From Naegleria gruberi (lineage: Eukaryota), in the NCBI GenBank assembly GCA_000004985.1, contig GG738898.1: a stretch of DNA of 64,000 nucleotides; one strand, given 5' to 3'. The translations under genes were made by a program, and so were the position numbers. Positions 54,543-64,000 of this stretch are shown one piece after another. Within the stretch, counting starts at the first letter, position 1, and each line of letters begins with the position of its first letter. Under the pieces are notes generated by a model that made no database searches, was not told the origin of the DNA, and was given only the letters and a program-made list of their open reading frames with translations.

Positions 54543-55699
54543 ATGTCAGCAACAGTTGGTGACTTTAAAAAGCCACCAAAATTCACTCCAGTCAATGGCA
54601 ACTCACCCTATCCATCCATTTCACACGGCACTAATCCATTCACTTCGATCACACAACCACCAAAGAAAAAGTCACGATTTTTCAAGAAGAGTAGTCAAGC
54701 AACAGCTGTTGTCTTGCCAGAAGAAAGAAAACGAACGAAAGGTCTTTTTGAAAATACCAAATTCGCTTTTGAAGAGAGAAGTTCGAATATGATCCAATCA
54801 AGGTGGGAAAGGTTTTGCTCTATTTTATTTTACACGACTTTTGCCCTCGTTATTTCTCAGACTACTTTTCTCCAAAGCTTGCTTCTCTAGAGTCCAAGGC
54901 ACAACAAACCAAATTGCAATACTTGATGAAGTATTATGAAAAGGAAGATCCAAATGTTGTGATTGACTATTTGACGATTAATAGAAATCAATTGAAACAA
55001 TATAGAAATAAGATGATTAGAAAACACACCACCAGGGAGGCCAGAAGGCACATGGTGAAAGATAATTGCATGTCAATGGTGAGAAATTTTGCCAAACTTG
55101 TTCCCTTCATTAATTATGATCAAATGACCAATGAGCAAAAGACCTACCTCCTCAAGACAATGGTTTTCAATCATGTGAATCCACAGGATTTCCTTTCTAT
55201 GAGTGATCAGCTCTTTATGAGTAGTTCCTTCTTTGGAGAGTTGAGATTCAATCCAACTATTAACTCACCTTTCCAAATTAATATCATGCCAAGAAAATGT
55301 CAAACCAGAGATGAACCAAGGCCAGTATGGGACTATATGATCAATGATCAAGAGAGTGATAATGCCTCTCATTCATCACTGATGAGTACTGCAGATGAAA
55401 TTGAATATGATTCATTTCAAATTTACTTTGATACAATGTATACAGATACGAGCTCTTCTGCCTTTTCAATTACAGGTCTGGACATGCCAGCAATCAATTC
55501 AGAAAAGATTGTTGTTCAGAGACACATTTTGGAAATTCCAACTAAATTCATGATGAGATGTGTAACTTATCATACCCCTAAGAATAATGCGAAAAATGAT
55601 TTGGCAACTACAAGCACTTCCTCTCGTTCTATTTCATCAATGTTTAAAGCATTTTGTGGAGTGTTTTGTTGTGGAGGTGATAAAATGTCAGGTCAATAA
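54543..55699 (+). CDS. Hypothetical basic protein of about 358 aa, modelled as two exons at about 54543..54780 and 54861..55699 with an 80-nt intron. It starts only 40 nt after the previous gene's stop.
   Basis: Two overlapping ORFs in different frames (54543..54890 and 54803..55699) become one reading frame if GTTCGA...TTTCTCAG at about 54781..54860 is spliced. This gives …KFAFEER-N-YFSPKLASLESKAQQ…, and phase 1 matches. Confidence 0.45.
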
Positions 55700-56229
55700 A
55701 CTTTAGAAGAGTTTTCATGGGAAAATAATGCCTTATTTTTTACTCACTGTTTCTATTAATTGCATGTTGTAAAGTTGCCTTCCTTGCATTTTCCTCAAAT
55801 ACTTTTCTATTTTCAATGAATTCAGAAATAGGTGCATGCCAACTCCAATTTTCATAATTCGTTTCGTGGATTTCCAGCTGGAGGAAGCACATTAAATCCA
55901 TGANNNNNNNNNNNNNNNNNNNNNNNNNNNNNNNNNNNNNNNNNNNNNNNNNNNNNNNNNNNNNNNNNNNNNNNNNNNNNNNNNNNNNNNNNNNNNNNNN
56001 NNNNNNNNNNNNNNNNNNNNNNNNNNNNNNNNNNNNNNNNNNNNNNNNNNNNNNNNNNNNNNNNNNNNNNNNNNNNNNNNNNNNNNNNNNNNNNNNNNNN
56101 NNNNNNNNNNNNNNNNNNNNNNNNNNNNNNNNNNCTTCAGACAAACACATGGCATATTCCTTTTGTAATCTTAAAGTCATTTTTTAAACCAATGAAATTC
56201 AATTGTTCAGCACAAAATATCCTAAACAT

Positions 56230-58008
56230 TTAAATTTTTATTATTGACAATTTTTCAAGTAATTTAAACAAGTTAGAATGTTCACACAACTTTTGACCAT
56301 TTTCTTTGAATATTCTTTCAATGTTTTTAGCAATAGCACTATTATTCATAAAATTACCACAATTGTTAGAACGAAGAATATCTTCTTCCTCAATTAGACC
56401 ATCATTACTTGTGTAAAAGTGAATAAACAATAAAGCATAAATATTATTCTTATCCATATCAAGGGCATGAAGTGCAAGTAGGAATGATTCGTGACTTCTA
56501 TCAGAGTCCAAGCTGTACAACAACAAGGACTGAATAAGAGTCATACAAGAGTTTAAGGAAAGATTGATACTAGTCTCCCAATCCTTAAATATCATAATGT
56601 AACTGTCCTCTGAATTTCCAAAAAAGTTTTTAGCATGCATATCACTAGATGTCTCTTGTGTATCCTTACTAATTATTGATACAGGTTCCTTATTAGAAGA
56701 AATTGAGGTAATATTCTCAAATATCCTGGCACAATCTAGTAATTCTTCAGAGAAAGCATCCAAATGATTGAAACCATCTTTAGAATAAAACATGTGCTCT
56801 ACAAAATAGAAAGCAAATATAAAGTAATCAGTTCCTGCAATATCAACACCTAATCTTAGACAGGAAACAAATCCTGTTTCGAGTATTGTATGCAAAATTT
56901 TCTCTCGTACACTATTTACATCGGTATTATTTGACATTTCAATATTGATAATTTTAGCAAAACTAGATTCATCCTCTTCAGTCTTTGATAACTTTGGGAG
57001 TTTAAAATTTTTCAACAATTCAATATCATACTGAAAGGAAGCATCGTCCTTATTAATAAGGTTGATAAAATTCTTAAATACCAACTTCATCATGAGTTTT
57101 GTGATTTTCACCAGACTCAATCTCTCTAATTGAACAACCCTATCAGTAGCACTATCACCATGGTCAATATCTAGGGTTGGATCCAATAATCTATCGTACA
57201 AGAATAAGTAAACTCCATATGCAGATAAGAACAATTCCCTCTTAGTTTCTCTCATTTGTCCAAAGAGAGGAGCAACTTGAACTATGGCTTCAAAGGCTTC
57301 TTCCATTTGTGAAATGCTATATGAGATTTGTTCAATATCGTTTTGGAGATTATCAGCTGCTGCTACTGATGATAATACACTCACTGATGATGCTGATGCG
57401 GAGGGAGTATTTACACTAGTTGTTCCTACAGTTGTTGTTAATTGAATGGAAGTACTACTAAAGCTATCTTCATTTCCTCTCTTTGATTTTACTCGTTTCC
57501 TTCTCTTAGAAGACTTGTGTCGATTAGTTCCTCCATTACCAATCAATACCTTGGCTTGTTCTGTTGTTATATTTGGAGGCAGTGCCAAGGAGAGAGGAGT
57601 TCTAGGAGAGGTAGCATCTTGCATAAAACTACTAATAAAGTCAGTTTCATTCAGAGAGCGTGATTTGTTATCTAGGTTGTGTACAAGTTGTTGAAGAGGA
57701 TTGCTTCTCTTATTACTACTAATACTGCTGTTTGAAAGTTTAGAAGAGCTATTATTATTGAAGGAGTGAGCCTGTTGAGAATTGATGGAAAATACATCAG
57801 GTGAAATACTACCCGAGTAGACATCGACTTCATCATCATAATCTTCATCATTACTATTGATAGCACCATCATCATCACTTGTACTACTTGCATAATTATA
57901 AAAGTCATAACCATTATCATAATAATTATTCGGATTGTTAAGAGGCTTCATAGTTCCTTCCCGGAAGCCTTCATCAGTCTTCCCACTTTGAATAAAACTA
58001 GTACTCAT
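56230..58008 (-). CDS. Hypothetical 592-aa protein with an S/N-rich N-terminal half and a structured C-terminal half of unknown family. It may continue across the 55904-56134 N-gap into the ORF at 55740..56180.
   Basis: It is a long intact minus-strand ORF. The basic stretch is NRHKSSKRRKRVKSKRGNED. No confident domain match could be made from sequence alone. Confidence 0.45.
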   Translation of the reverse strand: MSTSFIQSGKTDEGFREGTMKPLNNPNNYYDNGYDFYNYASSTSDDDGAINSNDEDYDDEVDVYSGSISPDVFSINSQQAHSFNNNSSSKLSNSSISSNKRSNPLQQLVHNLDNKSRSLNETDFISSFMQDATSPRTPLSLALPPNITTEQAKVLIGNGGTNRHKSSKRRKRVKSKRGNEDSFSSTSIQLTTTVGTTSVNTPSASASSVSVLSSVAAADNLQNDIEQISYSISQMEEAFEAIVQVAPLFGQMRETKRELFLSAYGVYLFLYDRLLDPTLDIDHGDSATDRVVQLERLSLVKITKLMMKLVFKNFINLINKDDASFQYDIELLKNFKLPKLSKTEEDESSFAKIINIEMSNNTDVNSVREKILHTILETGFVSCLRLGVDIAGTDYFIFAFYFVEHMFYSKDGFNHLDAFSEELLDCARIFENITSISSNKEPVSIISKDTQETSSDMHAKNFFGNSEDSYIMIFKDWETSINLSLNSCMTLIQSLLLYSLDSDRSHESFLLALHALDMDKNNIYALLFIHFYTSNDGLIEEEDILRSNNCGNFMNNSAIAKNIERIFKENGQKLCEHSNLFKLLEKLSIIKI

Positions 58009-59737
58009 GTTATTGTTGTTGTGGTTTTATGGGTAACAATCTATGTGCTGCTGTGGACGACTACTTTGTAGAAGGTTGAATGTGTGTTACCAGAGTTGTG
58101 TTCTTCGTCAGTAGATTTTGGAATGAGCGGGAAATTGTTGTTTTTTTTTGAAATAAAAGTAATAACCGTTGTTCGTCTGATAACTTTGTTTTAAAAACGA
58201 CCAACTACTGCCCATCAAATAAATACTGTTGGATAATGATGATACTCAGTACGATAATAAACAGGAGCTGTGTGAGGAATGAACCTGGGCGATGAATAAT
58301 TAAAGTGGTTGTTTTTTATTTTGATGTGGAGACAAGTGAACCAAGAGAGACACCAACCTCTAACAAATTGGATTTTCGCTCCAGCCTTTGCCGGCCAGGA
58401 AAATTGTACAAGGTTGGAACAAAACAGCCCAAAGAGGAACCAAGCAACCCAACCAGTGAGAAGTAATCTCTCTGCTGTATTATGGAATTTACTATCCAAT
58501 AATAAAAAGATAATTGTATCAACTGGGTTGATAGTATTGATGGTAATGTATTACAGTTTTACAATGGTTAGATAATGATAGGGTTTTTATGAGGAAGCTG
58601 ATGTTGGAAATTTTAGAAACTTGAAGAGAACTTGGTTGGAATATCGGGATGTTGATGAGCTTTTCAACAATTTGTTTGAATGAGGCTTTTCCAAGTTGAT
58701 TGATCTACAGTGATTCGTTACAATGTGATTTTCATTTCCTCATGATTCTTTGTAATTGGTTCTTAATGGTTCAACAAGAGTGTTTATTGTCATGTTTATT
58801 AATGTCTCAGATTTTAAATATTTTCTCGTTCAAAAAATATTCAACAAATGGTACTGTGGACATGAGGATTTTCGGAGTGGTTTTACATCATGAAACCACC
58901 AAACTTTCACATCATTATCTCAACATGATCTTTTGTAATTTTTATTGGTGGATTATCATCATGAAATTGGAATTTATTTTTCATGATGGAAAATCACAAT
59001 TTGGTGTTCCATCATCGGATCATTCACCAACCATCATTATTGTTTTCCATCAATATAATAATAGTATTTATGGAAATTAATTTTTAGTAATGTAATTTTG
59101 GTGAAATGTCCAAAATTTTCACTAAATTCATCACTGCTGGATCTACTGGACAAGTTGGAAAACTGGCAATTTTGAAAAAGTATGGACCATAACTCAACAT
59201 GTACTTCACCAACTTGAATCATATCTTTTAGTACTATTTAAATAGATAATAAACATCATATTTAATATCAGATTTTCGTCATGTTGTCAATTTACCAAGT
59301 TCCGATATTTGATGCTACCAGAGTGGATTCATAGCTCAATTACAAATCAAACAACAATTCATAATGCTTATTATGTTATTAAATTTATAATTTAGAGTCT
59401 TGTAGCATAATTTGTGAAAATAATGGTGATATTTTCATGTTTTTATTGTTTTTCTCATGATGTAGACATTGTCTCTCACTGAAACATCACGAATAGCATG
59501 TCATTTATCCATTCTCTACCAGATTATTATCTTTTACTGTAATTTTCACTATTGGATATTTTACTTTTAATATTTGTGATACTTTACTATTATATTCAAT
59601 ANATAAGGGATAAGAAATATTCATTAGAAGAAGATAGATTCCTAGTAATATTCTCTCAATTTATATTTCTAACTAGTAATTCTAACCAGAGGTGTAGGTT
59701 TGGTTCTGAACTCATTTAATGTTTTGAAATTTTTACG

Positions 59738-61646
59738 NNNNNNNNNNNNNNNNNNNNNNNNNNNNNNNNNNNNNNNNNNNNNNNNNNNNNNNNNNNNNNN
59801 NNNNNNNNNNNNNNNNNNNNNNNNNNNNNNNNNNNNNNNNNNNNNNNNNNNNNNNNNNNNNNNNNNNNNNNNNNNNNNNNNNNNNNNNNNNNNNNNNNNN
59901 NNNNNNNNNNNNNNNNNNNNNNNNNNNNNNNNNNNNNNNNNNNNNNNNNNNNNNNNNNNNNNNNNNNNNNNNNNNNNNNNNNNNNNNNNNNNNNNNNNNN
60001 NNNNNNNNNNNNNNNNNNNNNNNNNNNNNNNNNNNNNNNNNNNNNNNNNNNNNNNNNNNNNNNNNNNNNNNNNNNNNNNNNNNNNNNNNNNNNNNNNNNN
60101 NNNNNNNNNNNNNNNNNNNNNNNNNNNNNNNNNNNNNNNNNNNNNNNNNNNNNNNNNNNNNNNNNNNNNNNNNNNNNNNNNNNNNNNNNNNNNNNNNNNN
60201 NNNNNNNNNNNNNNNNNNNNNNNNNNNNNNNNNNNNNNNNNNNNNNNNNNNNNNNNNNNNNNNNNNNNNNNNNNNNNNNNNNNNNNNNNNNNNNNNNNNN
60301 NNNNNNNNNNNNNNNNNNNNNNNNNNNNNNNNNNNNNNNNNNNNNNNNNNNNNNNNNNNNNNNNNNNNNNNNNNNNNNNNNNNNNNNNNNNNNNNNNNNN
60401 NNNNNNNNNNNNNNNNNNNNNNNNNNNNNNNNNNNNNNNNNNNNNNNNNNNNNNNNNNNNNNNNNNNNNNNNNNNNNNNNNNNNNNNNNNNNNNNNNNNN
60501 NNNNNNNNNNNNNNNNNNNNNNNNNNNNNNNNNNNNNNNNNNNNNNNNNNNNNNNNNNNNNNNNNNNNNNNNNNNNNNNNNNNNNNNNNNNNNNNNNNNN
60601 NNNNNNNNNNNNNNNNNNNNNNNNNNNNNNNNNNNNNNNNNNNNNNNNNNNNNNNNNNNNNNNNNNNNNNNNNNNNNNNNNNNNNNNNNNNNNNNNNNNN
60701 NNNNNNNNNNNNNNNNNNNNNNNNNNNNNNNNNNNNNNNNNNNNNNNNNNNNNNNNNNNNNNNNNNNNNNNNNNNNNNNNNNNNNNNNNNNNNNNNNNNN
60801 NNNNNNNNNNNNNNNNNNNNNNNNNNNNNNNNNNNNNNNNNNNNNNNNNNNNNNNNNNNNNNNNNNNNNNNNNNNNNNNNNNNNNNNNNNNNNNNNNNNN
60901 NNNNNNNNNNNNNNNNNNNNNNNNNNNNNNNNNNNNNNNNNNNNNNNNNNNNNNNNNNNNNNNNNNNNNNNNNNNNNNNNNNNNNNNNNNNNNNNNNNNN
61001 NNNNNNNNNNNNNNNNNNNNNNNNNNNNNNNNNNNNNNNNNNNNNNNNNNNNNNNNNNNNNNNNNNNNNNNNNNNNNNNNNNNNNNNNNNNNNNNNNNNN
61101 NNNNNNNNNNNNNNNNNNNNNNNNNNNNNNNNNNNNNNNNNNNNNNNNNNNNNNNNNNNNNNNNNNNNNNNNNNNNNNNNNNNNNNNNNNNNNNNNNNNN
61201 NNNNNNNNNNNNNNNNNNNNNNNNNNNNNNNNNNNNNNNNNNNNNNNNNNNNNNNNNNNNNNNNNNNNNNNNNNNNNNNNNNNNNNNNNNNNNNNNNNNN
61301 NNNNNNNNNNNNNNNNNNNNNNNNNNNNNNNNNNNNNNNNNNNNNNNNNNNNNNNNNNNNNNNNNNNNNNNNNNNNNNNNNNNNNNNNNNNNNNNNNNNN
61401 NNNNNNNNNNNNNNNNNNNNNNNNNNNNNNNNNNNNNNNNNNNNNNNNNNNNNNNNNNNNNNNNNNNNNNNNNNNNNNNNNNNNNNNNNNNNNNNNNNNN
61501 NNNNNNNNNNNNNNNNNNNNNNNNNNNNNNNNNNNNNNNNNNNNNNNNNNNNNNNNNNNNNNNNNNNNNNNNNNNNNNNNNNNNNNNNNNNNNNNNNNNN
61601 NNNNNNNNNNNNNNNNNNNNNNNNNNNNNNNNNNNNNNNNNNNNNN
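59738..61646. other. Assembly gap of 1909 N. Other N-runs are at 8439-8478, 15226-15275, 31370-31442, 55904-56134 and 63116-63165.
   Basis: These are runs of n characters in the sequence. The gap sits inside or at the 5' edge of the retroelement. Confidence 0.95.
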
Positions 61647-61879
61647 ATCACCTCCAAACAACAAGAGAAGGCGATTAAATCTGCTGAAAAAGTAAAAGCA
61701 GCAGAAACTATTGAAAAAGTCAACAAATGGGCCAGCAGAACCCCTAATTTTCGTAAGTTCCCCACTAGATACGATAATAGACAAGCTGGCTACAACTACA
61801 ACAACAACAACAACCACAACAACAACTTCAACCAAGGACAAGGTAATAGTTACCAATCAAACAATCTGAAGATTCAACA

Positions 61880-63417
61880 ATGCTCACCAAGCAAGTGGAA
61901 CCTCTTCAAATTCCTCCAACTCAAACAACAACAATAAATGATGCCAACATTCCTCTTGGTGGTCGCCTCTCTCGTTTTCACAGCCGATGGCAAGAATTCG
62001 GTGTTTCCAACATGATTCACGATTGGATTCAAAACGGAATTCCAATAGATTCCGATTCAAATCGTTGGAAAAATTACCATCAGAGGAAATTCTCTACTAC
62101 AGAGAAACAATGGATCCAAAAAGAGATTGGTTCCATGTTGAAAGAAGGAGTAATTGTTCACTCCCCAAACATCGTTATCAACCCTATAAACGTAGTTCCA
62201 AAGAAAGGGTCAGACCAATTCAGATTCATTTTGGATCTAAGAAAGGTCAACGATGGAATAGATCCAGATTCCTTCAAAATGGAATCAGTGCAGAAAATCA
62301 TGAAATTCCTATGCAAAGGAATGTGGGCATGCAAAATAGACCTAAAGAAAGGTTATTTTCACGTTCCCATCAAGGAGGAACATCAACACCTCCTAGGGTT
62401 CATATTCGAAGAAGAATTCTACCAATTTACATGTCTTCCATTCGGTCTAAGCACAGCTCCCCGAAGCTTTACGAAAATAATGAAAGAAATCGTAAAGAAA
62501 TGGCGGCTGAAAGGAATCATGGTCTTTATTTACATAGACGACATCCTTTTAGTGGGAAATTCGTTCGATTTGGTACTAGAAAATCTCCGAACGTTAATAA
62601 CAGACTTAAAATTCCTTGGATGGCTTCTTCAAGAAGAGAAATCAGTTCTGATTCCAACTCAAACTATTCAGTTTCTAGGCCTCCTCTTCGATTTAGAAAA
62701 TGGGAAAGTTCTAATTCCAGAAGACAAGAAAGTAATAGCTATGGATATCATGGACAAACTAATCTTAGCAGAATCTCAAAGATCTCTGTTAAACTTAAGA
62801 TTCGTCGCCAAATTCATAGGAAAAATGGAGTTCCTAGCATTAGCAGAACCAGCAATCATGCCATTCCTAGACAGATTAAGAAAGCAAATGTGCAATCGGG
62901 TAGAAATGAAAGGATGGAATGGCACAATGATGATAAATCGTGGTCCTATGAAAGATTTATGTTTCCTCAAAGAAATCTGGCAAGATTCTGGAACGTGGTT
63001 AGAACTGGAATCTCCCAAAGCAGTAATAATCAATTCAGACGCAACTCTCTCAGGATTCGCCATCCATTCATCAAATCTTGTCATTGTGGGTCAATTCCAA
63101 GAAGAATCCTCTATANNNNNNNNNNNNNNNNNNNNNNNNNNNNNNNNNNNNNNNNNNNNNNNNNNGGAGACAATCAACCATCCTTAGTTTATGTAAGAAA
63201 GGGCTATGGTTCAATAGAACACCTCTCATCAATAGCAAGAGACTTGTGGACCATTCTCAAGTTGAAAGATTGGCACATTTCCAAAACAGTGTACATTCCA
63301 TCAGAAGTAAACAACATTGCCGACAGACTAAGCAGACTGGGAGATTGGAAATCTTCTCAAGAATTGATAAATTTGGTAGAAGAAGAATTCGGTTCGCAAG
63401 GTCAGAGTCAGCAGTGA
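61880..63417 (+). CDS. Retroelement pol covering the reverse transcriptase and RNase H domains. The frame is broken by the 63116-63165 N-gap.
   Basis: See the motifs above. Before the gap the reading frame is that of ORF 61880..63187. After the gap it is that of ORF 61987..63417, which ends ...DRLSRLGDWKSSQELINLVEEEFGSQGQSQQ*. Confidence 0.7.
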
Positions 63418-64000
63418 CAATCACTTACAACAGCTGGTTGGAAAACGACGCATTCTCTCAACTTTGGGAGAAAGATTCAATCAACTATTGTGTCCCACCT
63501 CTGGGATTAATCTCTCAAGCCCTAGTTCATTTGATCAAATCGAACGCAAAGGGAACTTTTGTAGTGCCGGATTGGCCAACTTCTCATTGGCACCCAATTC
63601 GAAACCTTCAGTCCAACTCTATTATCAATGAGAAATTTTGGCCTGTCAATCTCCCTTGCTGATTCCACAATTAAGAAATATTCTAAACTTTATGGTGCTT
63701 TTCAATGGTTCCTGGTAATTCAGAATATTCCAAAGACAAACCCATATGCACTCGAATGTTTTGCTGCATACCTTTCTATTAATAAGAAAAGTTATGATAT
63801 TAATACATTGAAACCAGCCATTCAATTCTTTGCAGACGTGGAGGATTGGCAACTTTGTAGCTAGTAGTTTTTCAAGAGTTAAGAAAGGTCTTACTAAAGC
63901 CTACTATATTGTGGATCGTTCTAAACTCAAACGTAATGGTTTCTCTTCCTATGATATTAAATCATATATTGATTCGATTTCATCAAGCAAGACCTGGTAT
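63380..64000 (+). CDS. Retroelement MT-like domain (about 63380..63662) followed by a tyrosine-recombinase N-terminal region (63628 to the window end, partial).
   Basis: The ORF at 63078..63662 carries ...FVVPDWPTSHW.... The ORF at 63628..63864 and the sequence beyond carry the SAM-like core-binding-type block. The coordinates are approximate. Confidence 0.5.

Larger units (their letters stand above)
61647..64000 (+). mobile_element. DIRS-like (tyrosine-recombinase) retrotransposon. It comprises a gag-like ORF end, then RT, RNase H, a methyltransferase-like domain, and the N-terminus of a tyrosine recombinase. The 5' part is lost in the N-gap and the element runs off the window end.
   Basis: The RT N-terminal DIRS-type block is GGRLSRFHSRWQEFGVSNMIHDWIQNGIPID. 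The RT motifs are FGLSTAPRSFTKIMKEI and YIDDILLVGNS (YxDD). The RNase H end is KTVYIPSEVNNIADRLSR. The DIRS/PAT-type MT-like block is NDAFSQLWEKDSINYCVPPLGLISQALVHLIKSNAKGTFVVPDWPTSHWHP. The YR N-terminal SAM-like block is ALECFAAYLSINKKSYDINTLKPAIQFFADVEDWQL. Confidence 0.7.

Noticed and set aside
55740-56180. ORFs consisting mostly of X (translated N-run) on both strands at 55.7-56.2 kb and 59.7-61.9 kb
   Set aside because: They are artefacts of translating assembly gaps. Only the flanking real sequence, the C-terminal tail at 55740-55900 and the gag-like end at 61647-61937, is meaningful.
1-64000. Looked for CRISPR arrays, prokaryotic operons or defence-island signatures, and tandem satellite arrays
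   Set aside because: None was seen. The sequence is eukaryotic nuclear. The only structured repeats are the 5S inverted pair, the 35-bp hairpin and the coding tandem repeats of the adhesin.

Overview
This window is eukaryotic nuclear DNA, not prokaryotic. The evidence is spliceosomal GT-AG introns of roughly 42-450 nt, two intron-containing nuclear tRNA genes, 5S rRNA genes with T-run Pol III terminators, A-rich contexts before ATGs, long N/Q/S/T-rich low-complexity proteins, and a retrotransposon. It is about two-thirds A+T by eye and gene-dense, with very large intron-free exons of 3.9, 5.1 and 6.7 kb. Several runs of N mark assembly gaps at about 8439-8478, 15226-15275, 31370-31442, 55904-56134, 59738-61646 and 63116-63165. 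I could not settle the organism. The mix of features fits either a compact, intron-poor protist or amoebozoan-like genome or a compact metazoan genome. Those features are FReD+EGF, a 7TM-RGS hybrid, a PAS-cyclase, a DOCK180 with SH3, an ACAD10/11-type kinase-ACAD fusion, a DIRS-like element, and many 'ttcag'-type acceptors. Contents are listed below. (1) About 22 protein-coding genes: an ACAD10/11-like gene, a DOCK family GEF, a tandem beta-lactamase-fold protein, two F-box/LRR proteins, a multi-TM PAS class-III cyclase, an ARF-like GTPase, an AT-hook protein, an M60-like/enhancin metallopeptidase, a lysine-rich coiled-coil protein, a FReD/EGF secreted protein, a giant membrane-anchored adhesin with about 25 tandem Ig/cadherin-like repeats plus a VWA domain, a cytochrome P450, a 7TM-RGS receptor, and several low-complexity proteins. 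(2) tRNA-Tyr(GTA) and tRNA-Leu(AAG), each with a short intron. (3) Two identical 5S rRNA copies in inverted orientation. (4) A 35-bp near-perfect inverted-repeat hairpin. (5) A DIRS-like tyrosine-recombinase retrotransposon at the 3' end. I derived the intron/exon coordinates by hand and they may be off by 1-2 nt.
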